From a virus (Duplodnaviria > Caudoviricetes), in the IMG/VR virus record IMGVR_UViG_3300002026_000146, positions 6,919-70,918 of that record: a DNA stretch of 64,000 bases; one strand, 5' to 3'. Below the pieces are notes generated by a model that saw nothing but the letters and a program-made list of their open reading frames with translations, did not search any database and was not told where the DNA came from. Position numbers and translations under genes: made by a program. Positions 10,574 through 20,394 of the stretch are shown one piece after another; positions within the stretch are counted from its first letter, which is position 1, and every line of letters starts with the position of its first letter.

Positions 10574-11009
10574 ACTGTGGCAACGAGAAAGTCGCAGCAG
10601 AGATCACGAACGGCGCACCGATGGTGAGCGTCAACGATCCGAGGTTCATCTGCGAACCACTTGTAGCGATAGCGCCGTCATAGCGGGAGGCTGTCGTAGA
10701 CACCGCAGTACCTGCATCGGCAGCTTCGCGCAGGCGGAACCAGCCAGCGACACCAGTGGCGAGCACAGTGCCAGACCATGTCTCAGCAGCTTTGCTCAGT
10801 ACGCCGCCGGAGGCTGTCGCGCCCCAGCTCAGGCCCGTAGCGGTACCGTCGGAATAGAGTGTGCAGAGCTTCGTGCCGTTGGGCGCGTCGTCAGCAGAGT
10901 TCGGCTGAGTGCCGCTGTAGATGTCGATGAAGCCGAGAGCGAATGCTGCCTTGAAGTTGGATGAACTCATCAACTTATTTGCAAGCCCGGTGGAAAGTTT
11001 AGCGGCCAT
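10569..11009 (-). CDS. Small virion protein, paralog family A
   Basis: MAAKLSTGLANKLM...IDIYSGTQPNSADDAPNGTKL...ATGVAGWFR. Confidence 0.7.
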   Translation of the reverse strand: MAAKLSTGLANKLMSSSNFKAAFALGFIDIYSGTQPNSADDAPNGTKLCTLYSDGTATGLSWGATASGGVLSKAAETWSGTVLATGVAGWFRLREAADAGTAVSTTASRYDGAIATSGSQMNLGSLTLTIGAPFVISAATFSLPQS

Positions 11010-11019
11010 GGTGGCTCCT

Positions 11020-12222
11020 TTAGGTTACGAGTGAAACGAGGTATTGCGGCGTGGTGTTGTCGCGTAGCTTCAGCAGCGCAGCTCCTACCGTGGCCTTCGG
11101 GGGGATGTAGCGCGCAGCGGTCAGATCGCGGAACTGTCCGCCATCTGACCCCAGCACGGCACCTCTTTGCGACATCCACAGCATCGAGGTACTTCCCGAT
11201 GCTGAGTTGTCAGATTCTTTTTCCGTGTTGAAGTATGTGCTGGCAATGGGCAGCTCTGTACCCAGCACCGTGCCGTAGGGCGACACCGGTTTGACTGTGA
11301 ATTTCTCAGGTGATTCACCTTCGAGAAAGACAGTCTTGTTTTTCGTGCCGACGAAGATGCCGTCCCGCACTGCGGCGAAGGTCTGAACGTCTGAATCGAG
11401 CGGGACGAAGTCACGCGGATCGAACAACTCGTACTCGAACGGCTGGCTGTACATGAGGAACTGCCCGAAGCCAACGTAGGCTCGACCGTTGTAATATCCG
11501 AGCACCTGTCCTGCTGGGGGAGGCCCCATGAACCGCGTGCGTAGGGTAAGTGCGTTGCCGGGGATTTGTGAGCATGCGACAGAGGTCGCACTGTTAGGTA
11601 TCTGTGCTACCTCGACCATCACCTCGCCGCTGGTGGCGTAGACCTTCTTTGTCCTGACCCGAGGGTCTGCGGATACTGAGAGACTGTTGATGTTTAGACC
11701 CGACTTACTCGTAGTCTCAATACCCACCACGGTTCCGGCTAGCGACGCTCCTGACTCCACTCCATCGGAGTCCACGTAGGTCATCACGGCGGAGTACGTT
11801 CCGCCCTTCATCTTGCCGCCGCCGGTGATACTCACCGCGACCTTCGAAGGCGGAACAATGCCCCACGATGAGTTGACACCATCCTTGATGCACCCGGTTG
11901 CCTGGCCATCAGACCAGAACACGCGTCCGTTTATGTCGAGGAACCGCACCCGTTTGCCTGCCACTGCTGTAATGCTGGTCTTGACACCGTCGGGGGTCAT
12001 CCGGTGAATGAAGCCGCCCTGTACAAAGAATGCCTGAGACCCGTCACTCCACCCGGAATGGGCAGCGCCAGCGAAGACCAACGCTGTACCGCGCCGACGA
12101 AAACCTTTGCCTGTCTCGTCGATGTCGATGTTGTTCGCACGTGCCATGTCACCCGCTGCAAACCGCTCCGGGCCTACGTCGTTTCTGACACCTTTGATAC
12201 TGGCGATCTCTGCGTATGGCAT
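11020..12222 (-). CDS. Putative tail nozzle/DNA-stabilisation protein, 400 aa
   Basis: N-terminal KGVRND...ANNIDIDETG..RRRG pattern and beta-rich repeats resemble podovirus nozzle proteins; inferred from pattern and context. Confidence 0.55.
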   Translation of the reverse strand: MPYAEIASIKGVRNDVGPERFAAGDMARANNIDIDETGKGFRRRGTALVFAGAAHSGWSDGSQAFFVQGGFIHRMTPDGVKTSITAVAGKRVRFLDINGRVFWSDGQATGCIKDGVNSSWGIVPPSKVAVSITGGGKMKGGTYSAVMTYVDSDGVESGASLAGTVVGIETTSKSGLNINSLSVSADPRVRTKKVYATSGEVMVEVAQIPNSATSVACSQIPGNALTLRTRFMGPPPAGQVLGYYNGRAYVGFGQFLMYSQPFEYELFDPRDFVPLDSDVQTFAAVRDGIFVGTKNKTVFLEGESPEKFTVKPVSPYGTVLGTELPIASTYFNTEKESDNSASGSTSMLWMSQRGAVLGSDGGQFRDLTAARYIPPKATVGAALLKLRDNTTPQYLVSLVT

Positions 12223-12227
12223 GACGT

Positions 12228-12245
12228 TCTAAGTTAGATGTTCGA
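12228..12245 (-). promoter_or_regulatory. 18-bp motif copy
   Basis: TCGAACATCTAACTTAGA, 5 nt before ATG 12222. Confidence 0.65.
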
Positions 12246-12257
12246 TTGTAACGGGAA

Positions 12258-13673
12258 TTAAAGGGCGTCAAGTATCACTTTCATTACCCGGTCTCCGGCC
12301 GCCGGACGCTCCGATGTCGCCTCCCGATTCCGCTTAGCTGCCGCACCACGCGCTCTCGTGATCGTGTCCGGCCACATCAGTCCAGCGTAGCGCACCAAGC
12401 AGTTGTACCCCAGCGTCGAAGCTGACTCTAGATAAACCCGACGTGAGTCGACGATCTCCCCTCCCGCATCAAGCAGAGGCACCCACTGTTTGAACGTGAT
12501 TGAGTTATCTGAGTATTTGTAGACGAACTCAGCAGAACCATAAATCTCTAAAACCCTCGCATCCTCGATATCGTCTGGGTGGGCAAACATGCCCACCGTC
12601 TCGCCTTGGGTGAGCGCAACCGGCGCATCGTGGAACAGGCCGAACTCGTCCACGCCCATTACAGCGATAAACGGAGTCAAGCTGACGACCATACCGTCGA
12701 TCATCGCCGAGTCGCAGAAGTCAGGTTTGCCCTTGCCCACCCCGTAGCGGATCGGCACCTCCGTTCGGTACGTCTGCATGAACTCGGAGACCGTGCCGGT
12801 GATGGCGTTTGTGTACGGTGCGGGGGGAGACGACGAAGGATACCCTACCAAGGAACCAGATACCACCCCGTTGAAGTAGTGTGCTGGCATGTGGGGTTCT
12901 CTACGGAAGGGGTATCCCCAAGTCGAATTCTCCCGATTGATCGGCTGTGACCATTGGGCGTAGGAATGGCTAGCTCCATTCCACGCCATCATCTGCAGTG
13001 ATCCATCAGTGGTGATGTACGGCTGGTTGATCCGCGACATTGGCTCGGGTGAGGCTTCAGATACTTGCCAACGATTCGGGCTATCTTCGCCAATCGGAAG
13101 CAGGTCCGGCACGTACCAATTAGTCAGTTCCCGAGTAAACGATATATCGGCGGGGAGGCTCGGAGCCACGGCGTCTGGACGGGAGTAGTTCGGCACACGT
13201 GCAACCAGTGCATGTTCCCGCTGTACTCCCCGGATTTCCTCACGCCGCTCTACGGGTTGGGAGATGCCCTTATCATCCACCTCAGTGACCTCATAAGACA
13301 AGACCACATCGCGAATTGTCTCTGTGACTTCTTCGAAGAAAAACGCGGCGGCGTCGAACGTGCTGGTTGTTGTTGAGGAGTCACTGTATGTGACCGTCAT
13401 CGGTTGCGTCCGGTAGGTATGTTCGCTCCTCGGAGCGTTCTGCCTTATCTCGTTCTCCCATAGTGCCGGGAGAACACCGGCCTTTAGCTGGGCGATAGTG
13501 ACGAGAGAATTTTTCTTGAACCACTCTTTGCGGCGTAGGATACCTGCCTTGTAGGCGATTTTCCAATCTGCGTTCCAGGCGGCTACTGTAGCGGCTTGCA
13601 CGCCAGATGCCTGCGCTTCCTCGGCTAAAAGCGCCTCTACAGCTGCGATTTCCGTTTTGGACGTAGTACCCAT
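12258..13673 (-). CDS. Hypothetical virion protein, 471 aa; possibly the C-terminal part of a frameshifted gene
   Basis: Overlaps the upstream ORF by 293 nt in the +1 frame; no clear RBS. Confidence 0.55.
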   Translation of the reverse strand: MGTTSKTEIAAVEALLAEEAQASGVQAATVAAWNADWKIAYKAGILRRKEWFKKNSLVTIAQLKAGVLPALWENEIRQNAPRSEHTYRTQPMTVTYSDSSTTTSTFDAAAFFFEEVTETIRDVVLSYEVTEVDDKGISQPVERREEIRGVQREHALVARVPNYSRPDAVAPSLPADISFTRELTNWYVPDLLPIGEDSPNRWQVSEASPEPMSRINQPYITTDGSLQMMAWNGASHSYAQWSQPINRENSTWGYPFRREPHMPAHYFNGVVSGSLVGYPSSSPPAPYTNAITGTVSEFMQTYRTEVPIRYGVGKGKPDFCDSAMIDGMVVSLTPFIAVMGVDEFGLFHDAPVALTQGETVGMFAHPDDIEDARVLEIYGSAEFVYKYSDNSITFKQWVPLLDAGGEIVDSRRVYLESASTLGYNCLVRYAGLMWPDTITRARGAAAKRNREATSERPAAGDRVMKVILDAL

Positions 13674-14721
13674 CCTGATTAAGACCGACAGGTACGTTGC
13701 TGTATGTCGAGGTGTAGTCGTTATTTTGGCCGCCGGAAAAGAAATGACCGGTCTGTTGACTGATCACGACCCCATCACTTCTAAATATCTCCCAATGGTA
13801 GATTACAGTGTGTGAGTGATACTCGCCGTCGTTTGGGTTCCCCGATCCGGTCCATGATTCATCCGTAGGGGCCGAGAGCCGCACATTTAGCGTGTGATGC
13901 ATCTGTGATCCCGGATAAGGTGGGGGTATCTCCGTCAACGGATAGATGCAATCCTCCGGCACGGTAAACGTCATCGTTTCGAGTGGCGTGACCGGGTCTC
14001 CCTCCACAACGCCAGGACGAGTGAACAGCTCGGCGTACCCGGCTCCGCTCCAAGTAAGCGAACCGAAGAAAGACTCACGCTCTGAGATGAATTGTCTGTG
14101 GGCTAAAATCTGCCCGTCTGATGTGATGGCGGCGAGACCTGGGAGTTTACCTTTCGCGTACTCCGAAGCTTGTAGGGCGAGAAATACGGGCGACTTCTTA
14201 CTTAATAAGTTGGAGGTGCCTGCCGAGCACGTGCCCTCAAGGATCATCCCCGCACCGTACCCGCTGCCATACGGCCAATTAACGAATGTCTCAATTGCAC
14301 TCGGGTACCCATTCCAGCTCCCCATACTGTGTCGGTACGTCCCGAACTGCCGACTCAGTAAATTCATTCCAGAATCGTATATTTCCCATTCGAGTTCTGA
14401 ATAAAAGTTAGGAAATGAACCTTCAGCCTCTTTGTAGGGATACTTCACGAACAGTGCACCACTTCCTGTTAAGTCGAGGGACACGCTTCGGTAAGGTATC
14501 GGGTTCGGCATATACACGCCGAATGTTTCAACGACGTCACTGCACCGAACCATAGCCCTGACAGTGCCGTCCTCCAGCTTGTCAAAGACTATCGTCCCCT
14601 CCTCCGTCGACATTGCGCGGCGAAAAGGAAAGTTATCCTCCTCCATGCTCCGCGCAAGATACTGGGCGAGTCCAGAGAGGGTCTGCTCGGTACGCTTTGA
14701 CAGTTGGACAATTTTTGGCAT
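13381..14721 (-). CDS. Hypothetical virion protein, 446 aa; possibly the N-terminal part of a frameshifted gene
   Basis: The last ~90 aa are Arg-rich, look off-frame and lie inside the next ORF. Confidence 0.55.
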   Translation of the reverse strand: MPKIVQLSKRTEQTLSGLAQYLARSMEEDNFPFRRAMSTEEGTIVFDKLEDGTVRAMVRCSDVVETFGVYMPNPIPYRSVSLDLTGSGALFVKYPYKEAEGSFPNFYSELEWEIYDSGMNLLSRQFGTYRHSMGSWNGYPSAIETFVNWPYGSGYGAGMILEGTCSAGTSNLLSKKSPVFLALQASEYAKGKLPGLAAITSDGQILAHRQFISERESFFGSLTWSGAGYAELFTRPGVVEGDPVTPLETMTFTVPEDCIYPLTEIPPPYPGSQMHHTLNVRLSAPTDESWTGSGNPNDGEYHSHTVIYHWEIFRSDGVVISQQTGHFFSGGQNNDYTSTYSNVPVGLNQDGYYVQNGNRSCRGAFSRGSAGIWRASRYSSRLERRLENRLQGRYPTPQRVVQEKFSRHYRPAKGRCSPGTMGERDKAERSEERTYLPDATDDGHIQ

Positions 14722-14823
14722 CGTGTCTTATAAAGGTAGATGCGGAGGGTTAGAGATCACCGGGCACTACTCCGGTTTTGGCCCACACCCTCCGCTGGTG
14801 GTGGTTTCTAACCAGGCCGAAAA

Positions 14824-15216
14824 TCATAATGTTGGGAACCCGATGGACAGGCTGACGACCTCTACGCCAGCGCCCGCGACAATCGGCGAAGCGTTGATGA
14901 TGAGGTCTGCACCAGACAACCCCACTGTGCAGTCGAAGGGTCTAAGCCCCGTGCTGGACGCTATCCTCGCCCAGCCCGGTGCCCCGCTTGCGACCGCATC
15001 GACAATGGTATTCGGCATGCCGAGGGCGGCCATCCCAAGCCATGCCGCGTCGAATGACCCATCGAAGACCACGGTCGCGAGCAGCGTGCCGGTGGCAGCA
15101 TCGTCTGCGCTCGCAGGCTGAGTGCCGGTATAAATCTTGCACGTCCCGCTCGCGATATTGTTTACTATCGTATCAGCGAGCATATTTCGGGCAACGTCAG
15201 AAAGTTTGAGTGTCAT
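14824..15216 (-). CDS. Small virion protein, paralog family A
   Basis: MTLKLSDVARNMLA...KIYTGTQPASADDAATGTLL...ASGAPGWAR. Confidence 0.7.
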   Translation of the reverse strand: MTLKLSDVARNMLADTIVNNIASGTCKIYTGTQPASADDAATGTLLATVVFDGSFDAAWLGMAALGMPNTIVDAVASGAPGWARIASSTGLRPFDCTVGLSGADLIINASPIVAGAGVEVVSLSIGFPTL

Positions 15217-15217
15217 G

Positions 15218-15610
15218 TCATGCTTTCGGAATTGTTAATGAGATCGAGGACACCGTCACGTTCTGACCGTTGATGATGCCTACGGCATTCACGATGAAAT
15301 CTGCACCGGAACCAGATACGCCAATCGTACCGTCCATACTCGTGGTCGACATCGAATCAGCTAATCGCGCCCATCCAGCCGTACCCGTTGCTTGGGCAGG
15401 CATAACCGCAGGTGACCCCATCGTGGTCACACCATTTACAGCTGGAGAGAAAACACTCAAATTTATATAAGCCAGCTCTGTGCCCGAAGGGCCTGAGTTC
15501 GGTGATGTCGGTTGTGCTCCGGTTCGGATGGATACTGTCCCCGATCCGAAATAGTCTCCGAGCATTTGTGCCAGGTAGGTTGCAAGCGTTGTGCTTAATC
15601 TGATAGCCAT
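15218..15610 (-). CDS. Small virion protein, paralog family A
   Basis: Start revised to MAIRLSTTLA at 15610; SIRTGAQPTSPNSGPSGTEL...ATGTAGWAR. Confidence 0.7.
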   Translation of the reverse strand: MAIRLSTTLATYLAQMLGDYFGSGTVSIRTGAQPTSPNSGPSGTELAYINLSVFSPAVNGVTTMGSPAVMPAQATGTAGWARLADSMSTTSMDGTIGVSGSGADFIVNAVGIINGQNVTVSSISLTIPKA

Positions 15611-15618
15611 GATGTTCC

Positions 15619-18063
15619 CTAAATTACAGACGTGAGGACTCGGAGTTCTGCCGGGGTCGCGCACGTTCGAAGGTCAGTAGCGATCTGGATAGATCGTGGG
15701 TCATGCGCCACCTGACACAAGCGGGTTTCAGCGGACACCACGAACGTCCGGCGCGAGTCGATGACATACCCGCTCGAAACGCGCAGCCTCGTCGTGAACT
15801 CAGCAGAGGCAGCCGCAGCAGCGGCCATGATCGTCGCCAACGTGAGCGTCGCTTCGACGGAGGACTGTGCGAAGGCTGCGGTCTCAAGAGCTTGCGTGAT
15901 AAACAGGGACGCGCTCGCTGATGCCCCGGCTGACGCGGTGGTGCCGAGCTGTTTACCCACGGGCAGGTCCGTACCCATCGTGGCAGAGGCAGCACCGTTC
16001 GCTGCGAGGCGTGTGTCCCACACGGTAGCCATCGTGGCCTGGCCGGACGGCGCAGCGGCCAGCTTGACGGTGATCTTCAACGCACTCGTTGCGCTGGCAG
16101 AGGCCACGGCCTGTGCAGCAAGGTCGGGCCTAGTATTGAGCGCGGCAGTCAGTGAAGCGGTAGCCGCAGGCGCGGCAGCCACGAGAACCCTGAAGGAGAG
16201 ATCGGCAGTCATCACCGCTGTGGCAGCGGAGGCGGATGCCAGCCCAATGCCGAGCTTCAACGCGCCGTCAACAGACGCGCTAGCGGCAGGCGAAGCAGCG
16301 AGGGCGCTCGCCAGCTTGAGTGTAGATACGCTGGTGGCTATACAAGCTGGGGCCGCAGCCAGGGTGTAGAGGTTCGCAATGCCGGCGGCGAACGTGGGCT
16401 GGGCGGACGCCGATGCTGCCAGCTCGATGTCGGCCTTCAACCCAACCGTGAGTGATGCGGCGACAGCAGGCGACGCGCTGAGAGTTATCGCTGATTTCAG
16501 CGCGGGTGTCAGGGCAGCTACAGCCACCGGCGCGGCAGCCAGAGTTTGCGCGCAGGCGAGGCTCGCGGTCAGTACCGGTTGGGCAGCAGCACCCGACGCC
16601 ATCCTGACGTTGAGAGCAGCCGCACTCGTGGTGGCGGCTATGGACGTTGGCGCGGCACTGAGAGGTACGCCGTGGTCGAGGGCTGCGGTCTGTGTGGCGG
16701 CAGCTATCGGGGCAGCAGCCAGCTTGTTCGCATACAGAGCCGTGGCGCTCAGCGTGGCTTGCGCACCTGGGGCAGTAGCCAGCCTGACGCCTATCGCGAG
16801 AGCAGCAGTACCGACGCTAGCGGTCGCTGTGGCCGTCGAGGCCATCGTCACGATCCGATCAACAGCGGCAGTGGCTGTGGCCGTGGCGACGGCGGTCGCT
16901 CCGAGTTTGACGGTCTTGAGCAGCTGAGGAGAGAAGGTAGCAACGGCCTGGAAATCTATCGCGAGCAGCGCAGCCGTTGCTTGTGAGGTGTAGAGGTCGC
17001 CCGAGGCGTCGGCTACGGCCTGAGCGGCAGAGGCGAGCTGCATGACCATCTTTGGCCCAGTAGTCGTGACGGTCGCCACCGCTTGCGCGACGGTAGCCAT
17101 CTGGACCTTGAGCAGCGTGGCGGAAGTAGCGGCGGCAGCAGCGACAGGAGCAGCAGCAAGTCGGACTGATAGGTTAACCGCTGCAGTGAGTTGGTTCGAT
17201 AGAGTAGGCGCAGCAGCAAGAGGGACTGATAGGTTAACCGCTGCGGTGAGCTGGTTCGATAGAGTAGGCGCAGCAGCAAGAGGGACTGATAGGTTAGCCG
17301 CTGCGGTGAGTTGGTTCGATAGAGTAGGCGCAGCAGCGAGCCGGACATTCTGAGCGATGGCGGCGGTTGCGGTCGCCCCAGCCACGATGTCTGCACCGAG
17401 CAGCACCGGTGGCGATATCTCTGACAGGTCGGAGGACACCGTCGCTACAGCGGCGAGGTTAGCTGCGAGGCTGGTGGCGTTGGTGACAGCGCTCGTGGCG
17501 GTGGCGACAGCCTGCGCTGCGGTCGCCATCTTGACGACGACTGAGAGCGCGGACGTAGCGGTGGCTGTGGCTGCTGGCGTCGCAGCGGCTTTGACGGTCT
17601 GTTTCAGGTTGGCGGTGAGGGTCGCAACAGCGGCGGCGTTCGCCGCCTGGGTGTTCTGGTTGACTTCCACAGTACCCACTGTGCCGGTGACCTCCATCTT
17701 CAGAAAGGTCACATCCATGGACATACCTTGTGACGACACGGTGCCCGACATGGTCATCGGCAGAAGTGTCTTCACAATGCTCATCTGCATGGGCGGCGTG
17801 ATCTTGGTCAGCGGGGCGGTGACGGTCGCAACCGCTGCGGGAGCAGCAGCCAGCCGGATCGCGCTCTTGGGCGCAGCTGTGACCGTGGCGACAGCCTGAA
17901 TGTTCGCGGCCAAGTAGGCGCGAGGGACCTGATCGGTGACGGTTTCGAACAGGACGGTATCAAAGATAGCGTCGTCGAATAACTCGGAGCCTCCGACTGT
18001 GTCGAAGATGACAGCGTCGAAGACCGCCGCGTCAAGCAGCGTGGCGGTCATCGGGATCGCCAT
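15619..18063 (-). CDS. Ala-rich repetitive fibre-like virion protein, 814 aa
   Basis: About 20-aa periodic LAAAP.A.A..TA.L units; FD-repeat N-terminus. Confidence 0.7.
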   Translation of the reverse strand: MAIPMTATLLDAAVFDAVIFDTVGGSELFDDAIFDTVLFETVTDQVPRAYLAANIQAVATVTAAPKSAIRLAAAPAAVATVTAPLTKITPPMQMSIVKTLLPMTMSGTVSSQGMSMDVTFLKMEVTGTVGTVEVNQNTQAANAAAVATLTANLKQTVKAAATPAATATATSALSVVVKMATAAQAVATATSAVTNATSLAANLAAVATVSSDLSEISPPVLLGADIVAGATATAAIAQNVRLAAAPTLSNQLTAAANLSVPLAAAPTLSNQLTAAVNLSVPLAAAPTLSNQLTAAVNLSVRLAAAPVAAAAATSATLLKVQMATVAQAVATVTTTGPKMVMQLASAAQAVADASGDLYTSQATAALLAIDFQAVATFSPQLLKTVKLGATAVATATATAAVDRIVTMASTATATASVGTAALAIGVRLATAPGAQATLSATALYANKLAAAPIAAATQTAALDHGVPLSAAPTSIAATTSAAALNVRMASGAAAQPVLTASLACAQTLAAAPVAVAALTPALKSAITLSASPAVAASLTVGLKADIELAASASAQPTFAAGIANLYTLAAAPACIATSVSTLKLASALAASPAASASVDGALKLGIGLASASAATAVMTADLSFRVLVAAAPAATASLTAALNTRPDLAAQAVASASATSALKITVKLAAAPSGQATMATVWDTRLAANGAASATMGTDLPVGKQLGTTASAGASASASLFITQALETAAFAQSSVEATLTLATIMAAAAAASAEFTTRLRVSSGYVIDSRRTFVVSAETRLCQVAHDPRSIQIATDLRTCATPAELRVLTSVI
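17161..17340. repeat. Three near-identical 60-bp tandem repeats (encode AAAPTLSNQLTAAVNLSVPL-like units)
   Basis: Lines 17161, 17221 and 17281 differ at only a few bases. Confidence 0.95.
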
Positions 18064-18066
18064 GGT

Positions 18067-18999
18067 CTAGTAGTCCGTTTCCATATAGATGCCGCAGATG
18101 TCGTACGCTACCGCAAGCGCGGTGGCGTTGTTCGTGCGCCAGCTACGGATACACATTAGGGTCGAACTTGTAGGTAGCCCAGTGGTGAACGTGCCAGTTG
18201 CAACGTGCCCGGTGTTCAGCCGCTCTACCCGGTAACTGATGTTGCCCGAGGATGCTGCGGAGAACAGGGACAGCTCGTAGACGTCGGCGCTGAGCGTATG
18301 TGCTGGGAAGTTTGCCCCGAGGTCGATGGCAACAGTTGCCGACGACCCTGCGCAATACATGTGGAAGTTGTTGCTGGTAGACAGCTTAATCAAGCCCACA
18401 GAGCTTACCAAGGTGTTCGGCTCGACGTTGGTCCGCACCGCAGTGGTGGACGCCAAGCCTACGAACATGCGCGCACCTGCGACCGTAGCCGCATCGGTCA
18501 CACCGAAGCGTTTGCGTAAGTGGAACCCGCCGAGACCGCCGCCTGCGCCCGTGGTGTATTTAGTGAGGGTCTCGGTCGCGGCAGCGAAGCCCGCAGCGGT
18601 TGTGACCGACACGATTCCGAGCCGTGTCATCCGAGTCAGCATGTTCGTCACCGCGATGGCACGCGACGTGGCCGTGCCCACAAGGGTGAGTGCAGACATG
18701 CCGAACACGCCAGGCACAGTTGTTGCTCCGCCGGGCGGCATCCAGAGCGCGATCTTGTTGCCGCCAAAGTTCGGCTGCAGCGTGGTGTCCAGACCTGACG
18801 GCCCCAGCTGGGTGAGCATGATGCGCCCTCCCCGATCTGCTGCGTAGACAGCGAGGTTGTTCGCTGCCGGTGCCACTGGGGTGGCTACTGGCAGGACGAT
18901 CTCAGAGTCGATCAGGTGGTTCTCGTTCCAACGGTTAAGCGACACCTGCTTACCGGCGTCGTTCGTACCCGTGGCAGTGTAGGTGTGCTTAATTCCCAT
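18067..18999 (-). CDS. Putative tail fibre/receptor-binding protein, 310 aa
   Basis: Beta-rich, Thr/Gly-rich C-terminal domain; tail module context. Confidence 0.55.
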   Translation of the reverse strand: MGIKHTYTATGTNDAGKQVSLNRWNENHLIDSEIVLPVATPVAPAANNLAVYAADRGGRIMLTQLGPSGLDTTLQPNFGGNKIALWMPPGGATTVPGVFGMSALTLVGTATSRAIAVTNMLTRMTRLGIVSVTTAAGFAAATETLTKYTTGAGGGLGGFHLRKRFGVTDAATVAGARMFVGLASTTAVRTNVEPNTLVSSVGLIKLSTSNNFHMYCAGSSATVAIDLGANFPAHTLSADVYELSLFSAASSGNISYRVERLNTGHVATGTFTTGLPTSSTLMCIRSWRTNNATALAVAYDICGIYMETDY

Positions 19000-19003
19000 G
19001 GGA

Positions 19004-19474
19004 TTAGTTATCCAGTTGGAAGGTCAAAGAAGCTGCAGGGAACGTCACGCTGTCACCAGCGTTGATCACCTTGGAGGCAGTCAGAGCGGAGTAGATCAGC
19101 AGCGCGCCGCCGGAAGCCGAGTCGTAGATGCCGACGGCAGTCACGGTGCCCCAGCCAGCAGGCGTAGGAGTCGGGAAGGTGATGACGCCGTTGTTGCTGG
19201 TCTGTCCGCCGGTACCGCTGGATGCGACGGTAGAGGCAGCAGCCTGAGTACCTGCCCAGTTCACCAAGGAGCTTGCCACGGCCACGCGGGCGTAGGCGTT
19301 GCCTGTCACCTCAGTACCTGCGGTGGAGTCGGTCGGTGTAGCAGTCAGCAGGCCGATGTACAAGTTGGCCGGGCCGGTGCCCGCAGCAGCGGTAGCCCCG
19401 GCGATGCCGATGGCTTGACCACGGAATAACCAGTCGATGATCTTGTTTTCAGCGGTGTCAGTAAAAGCAGCCAT
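19004..19474 (-). CDS. Phage tail-associated small protein, family B
   Basis: AENKIIDWLFRG...LYIGLLTATPTD...GTEVTGNAYARVAV...FPTPT..WGTVTAVGIYD. Confidence 0.7.
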   Translation of the reverse strand: MAAFTDTAENKIIDWLFRGQAIGIAGATAAAGTGPANLYIGLLTATPTDSTAGTEVTGNAYARVAVASSLVNWAGTQAAASTVASSGTGGQTSNNGVITFPTPTPAGWGTVTAVGIYDSASGGALLIYSALTASKVINAGDSVTFPAASLTFQLDN

Positions 19475-19483
19475 GGTGGTCCT

Positions 19484-19753
19484 TTAGCGGTTGGTGATTT
19501 TGAGAGAGATAGTCCTGTCGTCGATACGGCTATTCGCCGTCTCGATCCGACAAGTCAGGTTTAAGGTTTCACCAACGGTGCCACCAGAAACAAAGGCCGT
19601 CGCTGTGAGCAACGTATGCGAGAACGTGACGATGGTCAGCCCAGGATCGGGCACCCACGTCACGGTTGATATGGAGTCTTCGACAGGGGTCAGGTATGGC
19701 CCCCAGTCAAACGTGTAGTCGAGGACTGCGTCGGGGTCTTTCTTGAAGGCCAT
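19484..19753 (-). CDS. Fibre-tail adaptor-like protein
   Basis: KDPDAVLDYTFDW motif, 89 aa. Confidence 0.7.
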   Translation of the reverse strand: MAFKKDPDAVLDYTFDWGPYLTPVEDSISTVTWVPDPGLTIVTFSHTLLTATAFVSGGTVGETLNLTCRIETANSRIDDRTISLKITNR

Positions 19754-20394
19754 TAGATTCCCCCGTAGGTGACTGTCGATACTGGGCGGCGTACGCGGCT
19801 CTGTTCGACCTTGGCTTTGGCGCAGTAGGCAGTCCAGGCTTCGCGGTTTGCCGCAGCAGCCTTCTCGTCGCGGGCATCGTTGTCAGGCAACGAGAACGCA
19901 CGGAACTTCACCCAGTAGAGCAAGTTCAGGATGTGCTGCTCGTCGATCTCGAACTCGTCGCCAGCGGAGATTGTCTCGGGCAGGCGGAACGTGCGCAGCT
20001 CGATGGTCGCCGCTTCGTTGGGGATGGGGATGGCCCGGAAGACACCCTTCTCCATGCCGGTGATCAGTGCCTTGATCGGGCCGCGAGAACCGTCGAAGCG
20101 CAGGTTCGCCTCACCCATCTTCTCCATGGCGACCAAGTCGACGGGTCTGCCGGTGGCTGCGTTAATAGCGTCCCGAATCTTCAGGATGCTTGGATCGATG
20201 GGGTACCACTCAGTGCCGTCGGCCTTGATGTTGATCTTGAAGCTGCGAGCATCCTCGATACCGTAGGTGTCGCGGCAAAACAGCTTCTGTGCTTCATCCA
20301 CGTAGGTGTACAGGAGCGCGTCCTGCCACACGTACGGGCGCTCGACGTCGTTCGTCTCTGTCCGAAAAATCGCGACGAGTTCGGTCGAGTTCAT
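19753..20394 (-). CDS. Putative head-tail adaptor, paralog 2
   Basis: ELVAIFRTETND...PYVW.D..L..Y..EAQ; aligns by eye with 20391..21155. Confidence 0.65.
   Translation of the reverse strand: MNSTELVAIFRTETNDVERPYVWQDALLYTYVDEAQKLFCRDTYGIEDARSFKINIKADGTEWYPIDPSILKIRDAINAATGRPVDLVAMEKMGEANLRFDGSRGPIKALITGMEKGVFRAIPIPNEAATIELRTFRLPETISAGDEFEIDEQHILNLLYWVKFRAFSLPDNDARDEKAAAANREAWTAYCAKAKVEQSRVRRPVSTVTYGGI

Noticed and set aside
12258-18999. Diversity-generating retroelement acting on tail genes
   Set aside because: No reverse transcriptase and no template/variable repeat pair differing at adenines was seen.
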